Source: Phycisphaerales bacterium (GTDB taxonomy: Bacteria > Planctomycetota > Phycisphaerae > Phycisphaerales > UBA1924). Taken from it: DNA of 64,000 bases. Both the position numbers and the translations under genes were made by a program. Positions 55,602-64,000 of this stretch are shown piece by piece; within the stretch, counting starts at the first letter, position 1, and the number at the start of each line of letters is the position of its first letter. The stretch covers positions 38,004 through 102,003 of the forward strand of contig JARGPA010000009.1 of the NCBI GenBank assembly GCA_029213305.1. Direction: 5' to 3'. The notes beneath the pieces were generated by a model, which searched no databases, was not told the origin of the DNA, and saw only the letters and a list, made by a program, of their open reading frames with translations.

Positions 55602-57032
55602 ATGGCGAAGAATCCACGAAAAGCAGCAGAACTATTCCTTAAAGGAACTGAAGCAATTAAAGCAGAGAGTTTTAGCGTCGCAAAAACGATGCTGACGAAA
55701 GCACACGAGCTCGATCGAGATAATCCTGATATCATGCTCCGGCTTGGACAAGTCCTCATTGCATCCGGATTTGCGAGAGAATCTGTTGAGATCATGAAGA
55801 AGTGCGTAAAACGCAAACCGAACTATCCAGACTCAATGATATTGCTCTCCCAAGGATTCATGGAGATAGGACAGATCGATGAAATGCATCGCATTCTCGA
55901 TAAAGCACTCGCATGGGATCCGACGCATGGCGTATGTATCCACGCAAAAGTCACAGGGTATATCAACTCAGGTGAGCTAGAACTCGCAGAGGAAGTCGTT
56001 AAAAAAACCTACGAGATTCAAAATCCGCATCCATTGATCTACATGTGTAGAGGAAAGCTCTATCGAGCTCAGAAAGACTATTCAAAGGGTGTCGAAGAGA
56101 TAAGTAAGATCTTTGAACATCCAGATGCACGAGATCGACACAAGCGATCTGCACGATTCGAGATGGGGCATCTCCATGACGCGATGGGAGAATATGACAC
56201 TGCGTTTGAACATTTCAAAATCGGGAACAGCGGTCACATCCAAGGACGATTGCTCCACGCTCCAACGATGATTTCGATGTGGTCGCCTGAAATGCTTTCA
56301 AATATTCCACAGTCAGAGAACGATTCTCATAGGCCGGTATTCGTTGTTGGTATGCCTCGATCAGGGACAACCCTGACAGAGCAAATTCTCGCTGCTCACC
56401 CAAAGGTTGCAGGGATCGGAGAGTGTTCTTTGACCGCACATATGTTGCGACGTCGGACTCCGACTTCTTTGACTTCGAATGACATTGAATCCTACGCAAA
56501 GGAGTATCTTGATTATCTTGATGAGCGAGTAGACGGGGATGTTGAACGAACAATCGATAAGCATATTGGTGCAGAACGAACATTGGGTTTAATTAGTAGA
56601 ATGTTCCCTAATGCAAAGGTTATCCATTGTTTACGTAGTCCAGTCGATTCTTGCTTGAGTTCATATTTTCAGAACTTCGGAGTCAATGTTCCATATTCAA
56701 GGGATTTGGTATCACTCGGGAAGCAGTATGTCGCTCATCGTCAAGTAATGGATCATTGGTACGAGGTGCTTGATCTAGAGATACTGCAAAGTCCGTATGA
56801 GCAACTTGTCGACGATTCAGAGAACCGATCAAGGTTATTGGTCGATCACATCGGGCTCGAGTTCGATGAGCAATGCTTGCGTTTCCATGATTCGAAGAAA
56901 TATATCGGGACAGCGAGCAGTGTGCAGGTTCGCAAGCCGATCTACAAGTCGAGCCGCGAACGATGGCGAAACTATGAAAAACACATCGGACCTTTGATTG
57001 ATCAGTTGGGTGAATATGCTGATATTGACTAG
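55602..57032 (+). CDS. TPR-repeat sulfotransferase, paralog 3
   Basis: It has a TPR N-terminal half, VFVVGMPRSGTTLTEQIL, HCLRSPVDSCLSSYFQ and QVRKPIYKSSRERWRNY. Confidence 0.8.
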   Translation: MAKNPRKAAELFLKGTEAIKAESFSVAKTMLTKAHELDRDNPDIMLRLGQVLIASGFARESVEIMKKCVKRKPNYPDSMILLSQGFMEIGQIDEMHRILDKALAWDPTHGVCIHAKVTGYINSGELELAEEVVKKTYEIQNPHPLIYMCRGKLYRAQKDYSKGVEEISKIFEHPDARDRHKRSARFEMGHLHDAMGEYDTAFEHFKIGNSGHIQGRLLHAPTMISMWSPEMLSNIPQSENDSHRPVFVVGMPRSGTTLTEQILAAHPKVAGIGECSLTAHMLRRRTPTSLTSNDIESYAKEYLDYLDERVDGDVERTIDKHIGAERTLGLISRMFPNAKVIHCLRSPVDSCLSSYFQNFGVNVPYSRDLVSLGKQYVAHRQVMDHWYEVLDLEILQSPYEQLVDDSENRSRLLVDHIGLEFDEQCLRFHDSKKYIGTASSVQVRKPIYKSSRERWRNYEKHIGPLIDQLGEYADID

Positions 57033-57108
57033 TATGAGATATTCGAGATCAATCAAGGTTCCTAGATTATGATCCAGAATTGTGTAATCAGTTGGAGATA
57101 GAAAGCAT

Positions 57109-58566
57109 ATGACACAGTTTAACATTCCATCAGATTCAGGAAATCCATCTGTGATGACCGCCTATCAGAAGACGGTTAAGAACTGTCGTGATCTCATCGA
57201 AGCGGGGCAGTATGGACCCGCAGTGAATATGCTTTCAGGCGCGCTCAAGCAATCCCCGCGTGATTCGATTGTTTTGCGGATGCTCGGGCACTCGTTGATG
57301 ATGCTTGATGCACCCAAAGAAGCAATCCATTATCTCACCTTTGCGTCAAAGCTCGATCCAAAGAATCCAGATTTGTTATGCGATCTCGCGTCTGCACTCC
57401 GTCGAGTTGATGAACTCAGAAAAGCTCATCAGGCTGCCGACGACGCGCTCAAGATTGCAAAGAACTACCCAAGAGCGATCATGGTGAAAGCAAGACTCTT
57501 GCAATCGCATGGGCAATCCCAAAGAGCATATGAACTTGTAAAAGAATCTCTCAACGAACATTTCGACACAGGGTTGTTGGGCACCTACGGGCATCTCTGT
57601 AGAGAACTCAAGTTTCAATCTGAAGGGATCGACGCGATGCGCAAGGGGCTCGAAGTCCAAGGGCTCCCTCGACCCAACCGTCAGGATATTCTCTTTGTGC
57701 TTGGACATCTTCTCGACTCAATGGGCGAATACGATGAAGCATTTGATTGTTTCTCAAAAGGCAACGCGATGTCCAACGAAGGATCAGTTGTCGATGTTGA
57801 AAAATACCTTGAGCGTTGGAGTAAAGAACACTACGACTCAGTCCCTCAAGCAGACGTCGACGGGTCACGCGCGGTCTTCATCGTTGGGATGCCTCGTTCT
57901 GGTACAACGCTTACCGAGCAGATCATTGCTTCGCACCCGAGCGCGGGCGGTGTGGGTGAGAGCCAGTTGATCGATCGATTAACGAAACAGAATCCGCCGG
58001 AAGAATACGATCAAGCCTTTGTGAACGAGTGTGGAAAGAGTTATCTAGACATGCTTGTCGATCATTTTCCTCAACAAACAACGAAACGTGTTTGTGACAA
58101 GATGCCTGAGAATTATTATTTCCTAGGATTCATCAATCGCATTTTACCTGGATCCCACATCATCCATTGCAGAAGAAATCCGATTGATACTTGCTTATCG
58201 ATCTTCTTCCAACGCTTTGGCCCGCGTCTTGCATACGCTACAGATCTTGGGAACTGCGCCGATCAGTTCCTTGTGTATACACACATCATGAAGTACATCA
58301 CAGAAACCTTAGAGATCAAGGTTCATGATGCAGTGTACGAAGAAACAACCAAGAATCCTGAATCTTCCATTCGTGCGATGCTTGATCATATTGGGTTACC
58401 ATTTGATAACGCGAGTATGGAGTTCCATAAGAGCAAGAAATCAGTCCACACCGCAAGTGCAGCTCAGATCCGTCAACCGATGTACACAAGCTCGTCACAA
58501 CGCTGGAAAAACTATGAAAAATATCTAGGGCCGATCATCGAGAAACTGTCTCCTGTGCTCGATTAA
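57109..58566 (+). CDS. TPR-repeat sulfotransferase, paralog 4
   Basis: RBS GGAG. It has a TPR N-terminal half, VFIVGMPRSGTTLTEQII, HCRRNPIDTCLSIFFQ and QIRQPMYTSSSQRWKNY. Confidence 0.8.
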   Translation: MTQFNIPSDSGNPSVMTAYQKTVKNCRDLIEAGQYGPAVNMLSGALKQSPRDSIVLRMLGHSLMMLDAPKEAIHYLTFASKLDPKNPDLLCDLASALRRVDELRKAHQAADDALKIAKNYPRAIMVKARLLQSHGQSQRAYELVKESLNEHFDTGLLGTYGHLCRELKFQSEGIDAMRKGLEVQGLPRPNRQDILFVLGHLLDSMGEYDEAFDCFSKGNAMSNEGSVVDVEKYLERWSKEHYDSVPQADVDGSRAVFIVGMPRSGTTLTEQIIASHPSAGGVGESQLIDRLTKQNPPEEYDQAFVNECGKSYLDMLVDHFPQQTTKRVCDKMPENYYFLGFINRILPGSHIIHCRRNPIDTCLSIFFQRFGPRLAYATDLGNCADQFLVYTHIMKYITETLEIKVHDAVYEETTKNPESSIRAMLDHIGLPFDNASMEFHKSKKSVHTASAAQIRQPMYTSSSQRWKNYEKYLGPIIEKLSPVLD

Positions 58567-58593
58567 ACAGATTGATTTGATTCAATAAATCAA

Positions 58594-58626
58594 GAAAAAA
58601 CCCCACTGAAAGAGTGGGGTTTTTTA
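58594..58626. terminator. Bidirectional rho-independent terminator between convergent genes
   Basis: AAAAAACCCCACT-GAAAG-AGTGGGGTTTTTT, with A and T tracts on both sides. Confidence 0.8.
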
Positions 58627-58646
58627 TGGTTTGATATTGTTCGTCT

Positions 58647-59363
58647 TTACTCGTCTTCGTTGACAGGTACTTCTTGAACAGGAGTTGGTTCAATTGTTTC
58701 TTCAGTTGCAGCCTCAAGCTCAGGAGCATCTGCAGGATCAGCTTCTGTCACAGGTGCTTGCTCAGGGTAGTTCAACTTAAGTCGTACAAGCTCTGTAAGT
58801 TCGACCGCGTCTGGGGGTGTCATGAGTGGACGAGCAAGAATTTCTTGTGTGATCCCTGTGATCGTGTCTGTTTGGATGAGTTCTCCATCTGTCCGTGTTG
58901 CAAAGACGAATGTGAATCCCTCTTGTGATCCAATTTCATTAGACGCTGCATAGATTTCTTGGTAACTCTCCGCAATCTGTTGAGCGATCAAAGTCTGGTA
59001 TCCTTCATTGATCTGACGGGAAACAGTATCCAGTTGAGCATTCACACTTTGATATTGCTGATACACATTTGCTGCATTTGGATCAGTCTGTTGCATTGTT
59101 GAAAGCTGGGCTTGCAAAGATTCGAGTTGTCCATTGAGTTCTGTGATTGTTTCAGTTGCTTGAGCATTGAATGAATCACGATCTGCAAGACGATCTTCAG
59201 TAAGTAAAGCTTTGTCGACAAGGTAGAAAACATCGACGAATGCGATATCACCTGTTTCGACTGAGAAACCTTTGTTTGCTCCTGCAGGGGATACAAGCAA
59301 AGTCGCAACTATTGTCGTCAAGATCACAATCATCAGGGTTAACATCTTCGTACTGTGCTTCAT
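58647..59363 (-). CDS. Secreted coiled-coil protein, possibly an OmpH/Skp-like periplasmic chaperone
   Basis: ORF 58647..59450, with the start taken at ATG 59363 (MKHSTKMLTLMIVILTTIVATLLVSPAGA signal). It has a long Gln-rich helical region (ELNGQLESLQAQLSTMQQ...) and an acidic Pro/Glu-rich tail. Confidence 0.45.
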   Translation of the reverse strand: MKHSTKMLTLMIVILTTIVATLLVSPAGANKGFSVETGDIAFVDVFYLVDKALLTEDRLADRDSFNAQATETITELNGQLESLQAQLSTMQQTDPNAANVYQQYQSVNAQLDTVSRQINEGYQTLIAQQIAESYQEIYAASNEIGSQEGFTFVFATRTDGELIQTDTITGITQEILARPLMTPPDAVELTELVRLKLNYPEQAPVTEADPADAPELEAATEETIEPTPVQEVPVNEDE

Positions 59364-59503
59364 GTGGAAGTTCTCCGTTTCAATCATCTTCGTGGGATGT
59401 GCGTATAGTTTGGTCACAACTGTACGGCTGCGATCCCTGTTCGTGTTCATTCGGGGTACGAAAAATCAGCCAAACCACTATAGATGTCTGATTGGAGACT
59501 CTG

Positions 59504-60643
59504 ATGCGCGATCCAAGGCTCGACAAACTCGCAGATGTACTCGTGAAGTACTCAACCAAGGTCAAAAAGGGTGATCTAGTCTCTATTGGAGCAGATCCAG
59601 TCGCAATGCCTCTAGTAGAAGCAACCTTTGAAGCCGTCTTGAGAGCAGGAGGGCATCCATTCTGGCAACTCAGATCAAGCACACTCGCAGAAATCTATCT
59701 TGAGCATGCATCCGATGAACAACTCGACTATCTCAACCCGGTGGATATGTACGCAGTTGAGACAATTGATGTCAGTATTGGTTTATGGGCAGATGTAAAT
59801 ACAAAGGCGCTCTCGAGAATTGATCCAAAACGAGTTTCGCGGCAACGACTCGCAAATAAACCAAAGATGATTCGGACCCTTAATCGCGCCGCCGCGGGAG
59901 AGCATCGATGGTGCGGAACAATGTATCCCACGATTAGTTCTGCACAAGATGCTGAGATGTCACTCTCACAGTATGAGAAGTTCGTATTCGAAGCAGGGCT
60001 TTTACATCTTCCCGACCCTGTATCGGCCTGGGAAGAAATTCATCAGCGCCAACAACTGGTCTGTGATTATCTACAACAAAAAAATGAGCTTCATTTCAAA
60101 GCGCCCGCGCGAGATGGTCATGACGGCACGAATCTGCGAGTGAATGTAGACAATACGAAATCTATTTGGGTGAACTGTTCAGGAGGTGAAAACTTCCCAG
60201 ACGGTGAAGTCTTCTGCGGTCCACAAGGAGCTGATGGACATGTGAACTACACCTTCCCTGCAGTCTATGACGGCCGCGAAGTTGAAGGAGTTCGTCTCGA
60301 GTTCAAAGACAACCGTGTTGTTAATGCATCTGCAACGAAGAACGAAGAGTTCCTCTTCGCAATGCTCGATCAGGATAAGGGCGCACGAGAGATGGGTGAG
60401 ATCGCGATAGGGACAAACTACTCGATCAAAGAGTTCTCGAAGAACACGCTTTTCGATGAGAAGATCGGAGGCACTTTCCATGCTGCATGCGGGATGGGAT
60501 ATCCGGAATCTGGATCATTTAATGAATCTGGATTGCATTGGGATATGGTTTGTGATCTCAGGGAAGGCGGAACCATCCAAGCGGATGGCGAAATCTTCCA
60601 CAAGGACGGGAAGTTCCTCAAGGACGGTTGGCCGGGAGAATAG
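59504..60643 (+). CDS. M29-family aminopeptidase (AmpS/PepS-like)
   Basis: ORF 59492..60643 has a TTG start, and ATG 59504 gives MRDPRLDKLADVLVKYSTKVKKGDLV, a typical M29 N-terminus. NFPDGEVF and GGTFHAACG are also present. Confidence 0.75.
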   Translation: MRDPRLDKLADVLVKYSTKVKKGDLVSIGADPVAMPLVEATFEAVLRAGGHPFWQLRSSTLAEIYLEHASDEQLDYLNPVDMYAVETIDVSIGLWADVNTKALSRIDPKRVSRQRLANKPKMIRTLNRAAAGEHRWCGTMYPTISSAQDAEMSLSQYEKFVFEAGLLHLPDPVSAWEEIHQRQQLVCDYLQQKNELHFKAPARDGHDGTNLRVNVDNTKSIWVNCSGGENFPDGEVFCGPQGADGHVNYTFPAVYDGREVEGVRLEFKDNRVVNASATKNEEFLFAMLDQDKGAREMGEIAIGTNYSIKEFSKNTLFDEKIGGTFHAACGMGYPESGSFNESGLHWDMVCDLREGGTIQADGEIFHKDGKFLKDGWPGE

Positions 60644-60665
60644 TTCTGATTGATGGATAACTCAC

Positions 60666-61070
60666 TCAGAGTTTTCGTCGATCGCGCATTGCTCTTCGCG
60701 ATTCGATAGTGTCAACATTGACCCCGCACTCAGGGCAAATTGTTGGTTTTGGAAGCGAAGATACATCGTAATCACAGAAGTAACAACATCCAGATTCGTT
60801 GGTTGCACGAGGGTATTCTTCGAGAATCGCATTCCAGATAGGTTCAATGGATTCTTGTGCGATCTTGAGTTGGATCGGAGTAGGGGAGATCAGAAGGATT
60901 TGATAGGTTCCGCTTTTTTCGCCGGGAGTGAATACAGATTTTGCTCGCACTCCTCGAATCTCAAGGCCATAAATAATTTGGGCCGCGTCATATTGCTTGT
61001 TTGCAGCAGAAAACTCCAAATCCTCGTCTGTTCTTGCGTTTGAACCTGGTTTATCAGCTGGATTGAACAC
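60666..61070 (-). CDS. Hypothetical small protein with CxxC...CPECG zinc ribbon
   Basis: 134 aa carrying CCYFCDYDVSSLPKPTICPECG. Confidence 0.5.
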   Translation of the reverse strand: MFNPADKPGSNARTDEDLEFSAANKQYDAAQIIYGLEIRGVRAKSVFTPGEKSGTYQILLISPTPIQLKIAQESIEPIWNAILEEYPRATNESGCCYFCDYDVSSLPKPTICPECGVNVDTIESRRAMRDRRKL

Positions 61071-61110
61071 GAGTGAGGATAGCTTGATCAGATGCGTCTA
61101 TCCTCCTCTC

Positions 61111-62076
61111 GTGAGTGATGAAAATACTGAACTTGGACATATACCAGTACTCCCCAATGAGGTTGTCGAGCTGCTCGATCCTCAGAAAGGAGAGACTTTT
61201 GTTGATTGCACCGCGGGGCTGGGAGGCCACGCTGCGATGATCGCAGAGAAAATTGGCCCCAATGGGATCATTGTGCTCAATGATCTCGATCAAAGCAACT
61301 TGAATAGGGCGAAGTTGCGTGTTGCCAAGGCTTTATGTCCTGAAAATCCTGGATCGGCGCGTGTGCATGCGATATTAGGAAACTTCAGTGAGCTCCCAAG
61401 GAAACTCAAAGAGTTAGAACTGTCTGCAGACATGATTCTTGCAGATTTAGGATTTGCGTCGACCCAAGTTGATGATCCAGATCGAGGATTAAGTTTTCGA
61501 TTTTCTGGCCCATTAGATATGAGAATGGATCAATCGAGCCCGATCACGGCTGAAGAACTGGTAAATACGCTCCCAGAGCGTGAATTAGCAGACATCATCT
61601 GGCGATATGGAGAAGAAAAATCAGCTCGACGCATTGCATCAAAACTTGTTGCTGCGAGGGAAGTTGAGCCGATTACAACCACTGATCGGCTAGCTGAACT
61701 CGTTCGTTCTGTCAGCCGCGGACCTCGCGGTTCAATCAATCCAGCAACGAAGACTTTCCAAGCGTTGCGGATCGCAGTCAATGACGAGTTAGGCAGTCTT
61801 GAAGCCTTATTGCGAGTCATGGGTATCGCGCTTCGTAAAAAAGCTCAAGGGGAGGATTCATGGATTCAATCAAACGCGAGGATCGCGTTGATCTCGTTTC
61901 ACTCGCTCGAAGATCGTCCTGTCAAAAGGGCGTTTGGAGAATGGAAACAAACGGGATGGGCAGATCCGATCACAAAGGGCGTGATCACGGGCACTGAGTC
62001 CGAAATCTCGTCGAACCCGCGGGCCCGTTCAGCCAAACTGCGGGTATGTAGATCCGTTCGTGGAAACGCGTGCTGA
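61111..62076 (+). CDS. rsmH: 16S rRNA (cytosine1402-N4)-methyltransferase RsmH (MraW)
   Basis: ORF 60997..62076. The longest form overlaps the convergent-strand ORF, so the start is more likely GTG 61111 or TTG 61084. Motifs are HIPVLPNEVVELL, DCTAGLGGHA, DLGFASTQVDDPDRGLSF and FHSLEDR. Confidence 0.88.
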   Translation: MSDENTELGHIPVLPNEVVELLDPQKGETFVDCTAGLGGHAAMIAEKIGPNGIIVLNDLDQSNLNRAKLRVAKALCPENPGSARVHAILGNFSELPRKLKELELSADMILADLGFASTQVDDPDRGLSFRFSGPLDMRMDQSSPITAEELVNTLPERELADIIWRYGEEKSARRIASKLVAAREVEPITTTDRLAELVRSVSRGPRGSINPATKTFQALRIAVNDELGSLEALLRVMGIALRKKAQGEDSWIQSNARIALISFHSLEDRPVKRAFGEWKQTGWADPITKGVITGTESEISSNPRARSAKLRVCRSVRGNAC

Positions 62077-62145
62077 TAAGTTTAGATTCTGTAAATTGCC
62101 CGGGCTCAAGGATCGACGCACGGGTGGAATGAATATCTTATCTCA

Positions 62146-62994
62146 ATGAATCCTCTCACCCGCAAGGAAGCGATCGTGACTAGAGAAAGTAAACTCGCGC
62201 TCATCATCGGATTCGTACTCGTGCTCGTTGTCGGAGTTCTTGTCAGCGATCATTTCTCGCAGGCAAACTCAATGACTCTTGATATCCAAGAGTCACAACG
62301 ACTTGCAATTACCCAAGCGCCCATCACGAATCTTGGGATTCGATCTGTACCGAATGGAGAGAATCAACTCAATGCGGGTTCGATTGAATCGAACTCAAAC
62401 CAGAACTCTCCAGTTGTGATCCAGAATGGGAGATCAACTCAAGTAGGATCATCTGACGCGAACAACTCATTGATTGATCGTGCTTTTAATGAAGCGAAGC
62501 GCCGTATCCAGGATACTGACTTACCTCAAGCGGCTAAAATCAAAGACGCGACACTCCCAGATACGACCACTAACCGTGATGGGTCATCTATTGCCCCTCG
62601 TCGTCCGCTTGTTCAACCAAACACAAACTATCCAACATACAAAGTCGTCGCAGGCGATAGCTTGATCGCGATCGCACGCAAGCAACTTGGTAACTCCGAG
62701 CGTTGGAAAGAGATTCATGAACTCAACGCGGATCGAATTGGTCCCAACGCGATCCTCAAAGTTGGAATGACAATCAAACTACCTATTCATACTTCAAACT
62801 CGAATAGATCGATTCAGACGAATCGTCCTGTCGCAGCCGCTGAATTTTATGTGGTAAAACCCGGCGACACCCTTGGAGAAATCTCGATGAAACTCCTCGG
62901 AACTTCTAAGCGAGCAAGTGAGTTTGTATCACTCAACAACCTTGACAATGCGAACGATATTCGCGTAGGAATGAAGCTCAAAGTACCCAACTGA
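62146..62994 (+). CDS. Membrane-anchored protein with two LysM peptidoglycan-binding domains
   Basis: It has an N-terminal TM (LALIIGFVLVLVVGVLV) and two LysM units (YKVVAGDSLIAIARKQLG...GMTIKLP and YVVKPGDTLGEISMKLLG...GMKLKVP). Confidence 0.8.
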   Translation: MNPLTRKEAIVTRESKLALIIGFVLVLVVGVLVSDHFSQANSMTLDIQESQRLAITQAPITNLGIRSVPNGENQLNAGSIESNSNQNSPVVIQNGRSTQVGSSDANNSLIDRAFNEAKRRIQDTDLPQAAKIKDATLPDTTTNRDGSSIAPRRPLVQPNTNYPTYKVVAGDSLIAIARKQLGNSERWKEIHELNADRIGPNAILKVGMTIKLPIHTSNSNRSIQTNRPVAAAEFYVVKPGDTLGEISMKLLGTSKRASEFVSLNNLDNANDIRVGMKLKVPN

Positions 62995-63047
62995 TTCAGT
63001 GTGTCCAATAGGGATCGTCAGGATCAAAACGAGGACGGAGATCGATT

Positions 63048-63437
63048 GTGTTTGTGAAGTTGGTAGTTATGATCTTGGTCTTCGGCAGTAGCGGCGTCGG
63101 ATTATTATCCGTGCGTCAATCTAGATTACAAGCAGCTCATGAGATGGCTGAGGCACGATTGAGAGTTCGAATGCTCGAAGAACAAGCAGGTGAAATCAGG
63201 ACAAAGATCGCGGCAAAGTGTACTCCAGATCGAGTAATGGAACTAATCGATAATCCAGAGAACTACGAACCAGCAGCCTACCATCGCACCCAAATTATCA
63301 TCGAGAAAGGCAAGCAAAGTTCCTATGTTGATAATGAACCAGTGCAGCTTGAGCAGCTTCAGATCGATGGGAAAAAAGATGAGGATCAAGCATGGATCCT
63401 CAATGATGGCTCACGAGTGATCTTTGTAGATCGCTAA
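63048..63437 (+). CDS. FtsL-like bitopic division protein (position- and topology-based call)
   Basis: GTG start. It has an N-terminal TM (LVVMILVFGSSGVGLL) followed by a coiled coil (QAAHEMAEARLRVRMLEEQAGEIRTKI). It lies directly upstream of the PBP gene, as in dcw clusters. Confidence 0.4.
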   Translation: MFVKLVVMILVFGSSGVGLLSVRQSRLQAAHEMAEARLRVRMLEEQAGEIRTKIAAKCTPDRVMELIDNPENYEPAAYHRTQIIIEKGKQSSYVDNEPVQLEQLQIDGKKDEDQAWILNDGSRVIFVDR

Positions 63438-63476
63438 GAGTTGAGCAATATGGTGCTTTGACAGGACAAGACAACG

Positions 63477-64000
63477 ATGACCCCACACGAACGCGATGCT
63501 TTGATGTCCCCAACGAGTGAGCAAGATGCTCGACAATCGAGGGGGAATCTTGTATCACTTATACTCAGAGTTGGAACACTGCTTGGGTTAGCACTTGTAA
63601 TTGGGCGCGTAGTCCAACTGCAAGTCTCGCCATCGGATCAACTTGAAGGGTTTATTGCTGCACGACAAACTTCACAATCACTCAACTCTGTTCGTGGTGA
63701 TTTACTTGATCGAAGAGGTCGGGTACTTGCTACAACTCGCATCGGGTATCGTGTCATTATTGATCCTGTTGCGCTTGATAATGCAAGAAAGAACAATCCT
63801 ACTGCTGTAGATCAAGTCATTATTGGGCTCAGTCAAGTTCTTGATCTACCTGCAGAACAAGTTGCACAACGAGTGATTACGAAGTTAATCTCGAATGAAG
63901 AAATCAGAGCGTCTGCAAATTCATCAACTCGAAGTGAACAAGATCAATCTGTGAACGCAAGCCTCGCAACGATGGGAGTCTCGTCGCAACCAGTACAATC
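63477..64000 (+). CDS. ftsI: Class B penicillin-binding protein (FtsI/PBP2-like), N-terminal part (gene runs off the right edge of the window)
   Basis: Absent from the ORF track because it has no stop. My translation from ATG 63477 reads MTPHERDALMSPTSEQDARQSRGNLVSLILRVGTLLGLALVIGRVVQLQV...VRGDLLDRRGRVLATT, the TM plus dimerisation-domain start typical of FtsI. Confidence 0.7.
   Translation, partial: MTPHERDALMSPTSEQDARQSRGNLVSLILRVGTLLGLALVIGRVVQLQVSPSDQLEGFIAARQTSQSLNSVRGDLLDRRGRVLATTRIGYRVIIDPVALDNARKNNPTAVDQVIIGLSQVLDLPAEQVAQRVITKLISNEEIRASANSSTRSEQDQSVNASLATMGVSSQPVQ

Noticed and set aside
60997-61110. An N-terminal extension of rsmH in the ORF track.
   Set aside because: It overlaps the opposite-strand 134-aa ORF by 74 nt and adds non-conserved residues before the canonical HIPVL N-terminus. 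In-frame TTG 61084 or GTG 61111 are more plausible, although the true start remains uncertain.
1-64000. A scan for CRISPR arrays, IS elements and transposases, integrases, phage genes, toxin-antitoxin pairs and known defence-system hallmarks.
   Set aside because: I found no regularly spaced short repeats and no transposase, integrase or nuclease/helicase-type motifs in any long ORF. The only sizeable repeat is the paralog 3/4 duplication. Apart from that array, the window looks like core chromosome.

Overview
This 64-kb window is a densely packed, mostly housekeeping stretch of bacterial chromosome. I saw no rRNA, tRNA, CRISPR array or recognisable mobile element. All family calls come from reading motifs in the supplied translations and in my own translations, because no searches could be run.

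Recognisable core genes:
- Translation and ribosome: alaS (partial), tsaD, a GGQ release-factor-like gene, hflX, rsmH.
- Replication and nucleotides: holB, deoC, purQ, coaD, purN, folA, apt.
- Other metabolism: gcvP, nadB, two aldehyde dehydrogenase genes.
- Envelope and proteolysis: rseP, an S41 protease, an M29 aminopeptidase, thiol-redox genes.
- Motility and division: fliD-fliS, and the start of a dcw-type division cluster (rsmH, LysM protein, FtsL-like protein, ftsI partial).

Several traits occur together: PEP-CTERM-type sorting tails, a C-terminal dockerin-like module ending in GC, multiple TPR-sulfotransferases, and flagellar genes. This suggests a marine Planctomycetota (Phycisphaerae-like) genome, but that is inference only.

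Most unusual content:
1. A tandem array of five paralogous genes (39.5-43.6 kb) for about 200-aa secreted proteins with PEP-CTERM tails. Each gene has its own terminator. Two copies lie in a near-perfect 852-bp-period duplication in which only the sorting tail differs. Two other copies show strong high-expression codon bias. I do not recognise the mature domain.
2. Four TPR-sulfotransferase paralogs within 9.4 kb, one with a degenerate PAPS-binding motif.
3. A PilZ-J-domain fusion protein.
4. A 968-aa FliD with five internal module repeats, preceded by a sigma28-like promoter.
5. A PadR gene with a 17-bp-arm palindrome upstream and a translationally coupled membrane partner.
6. An internally deleted ALDH paralog.
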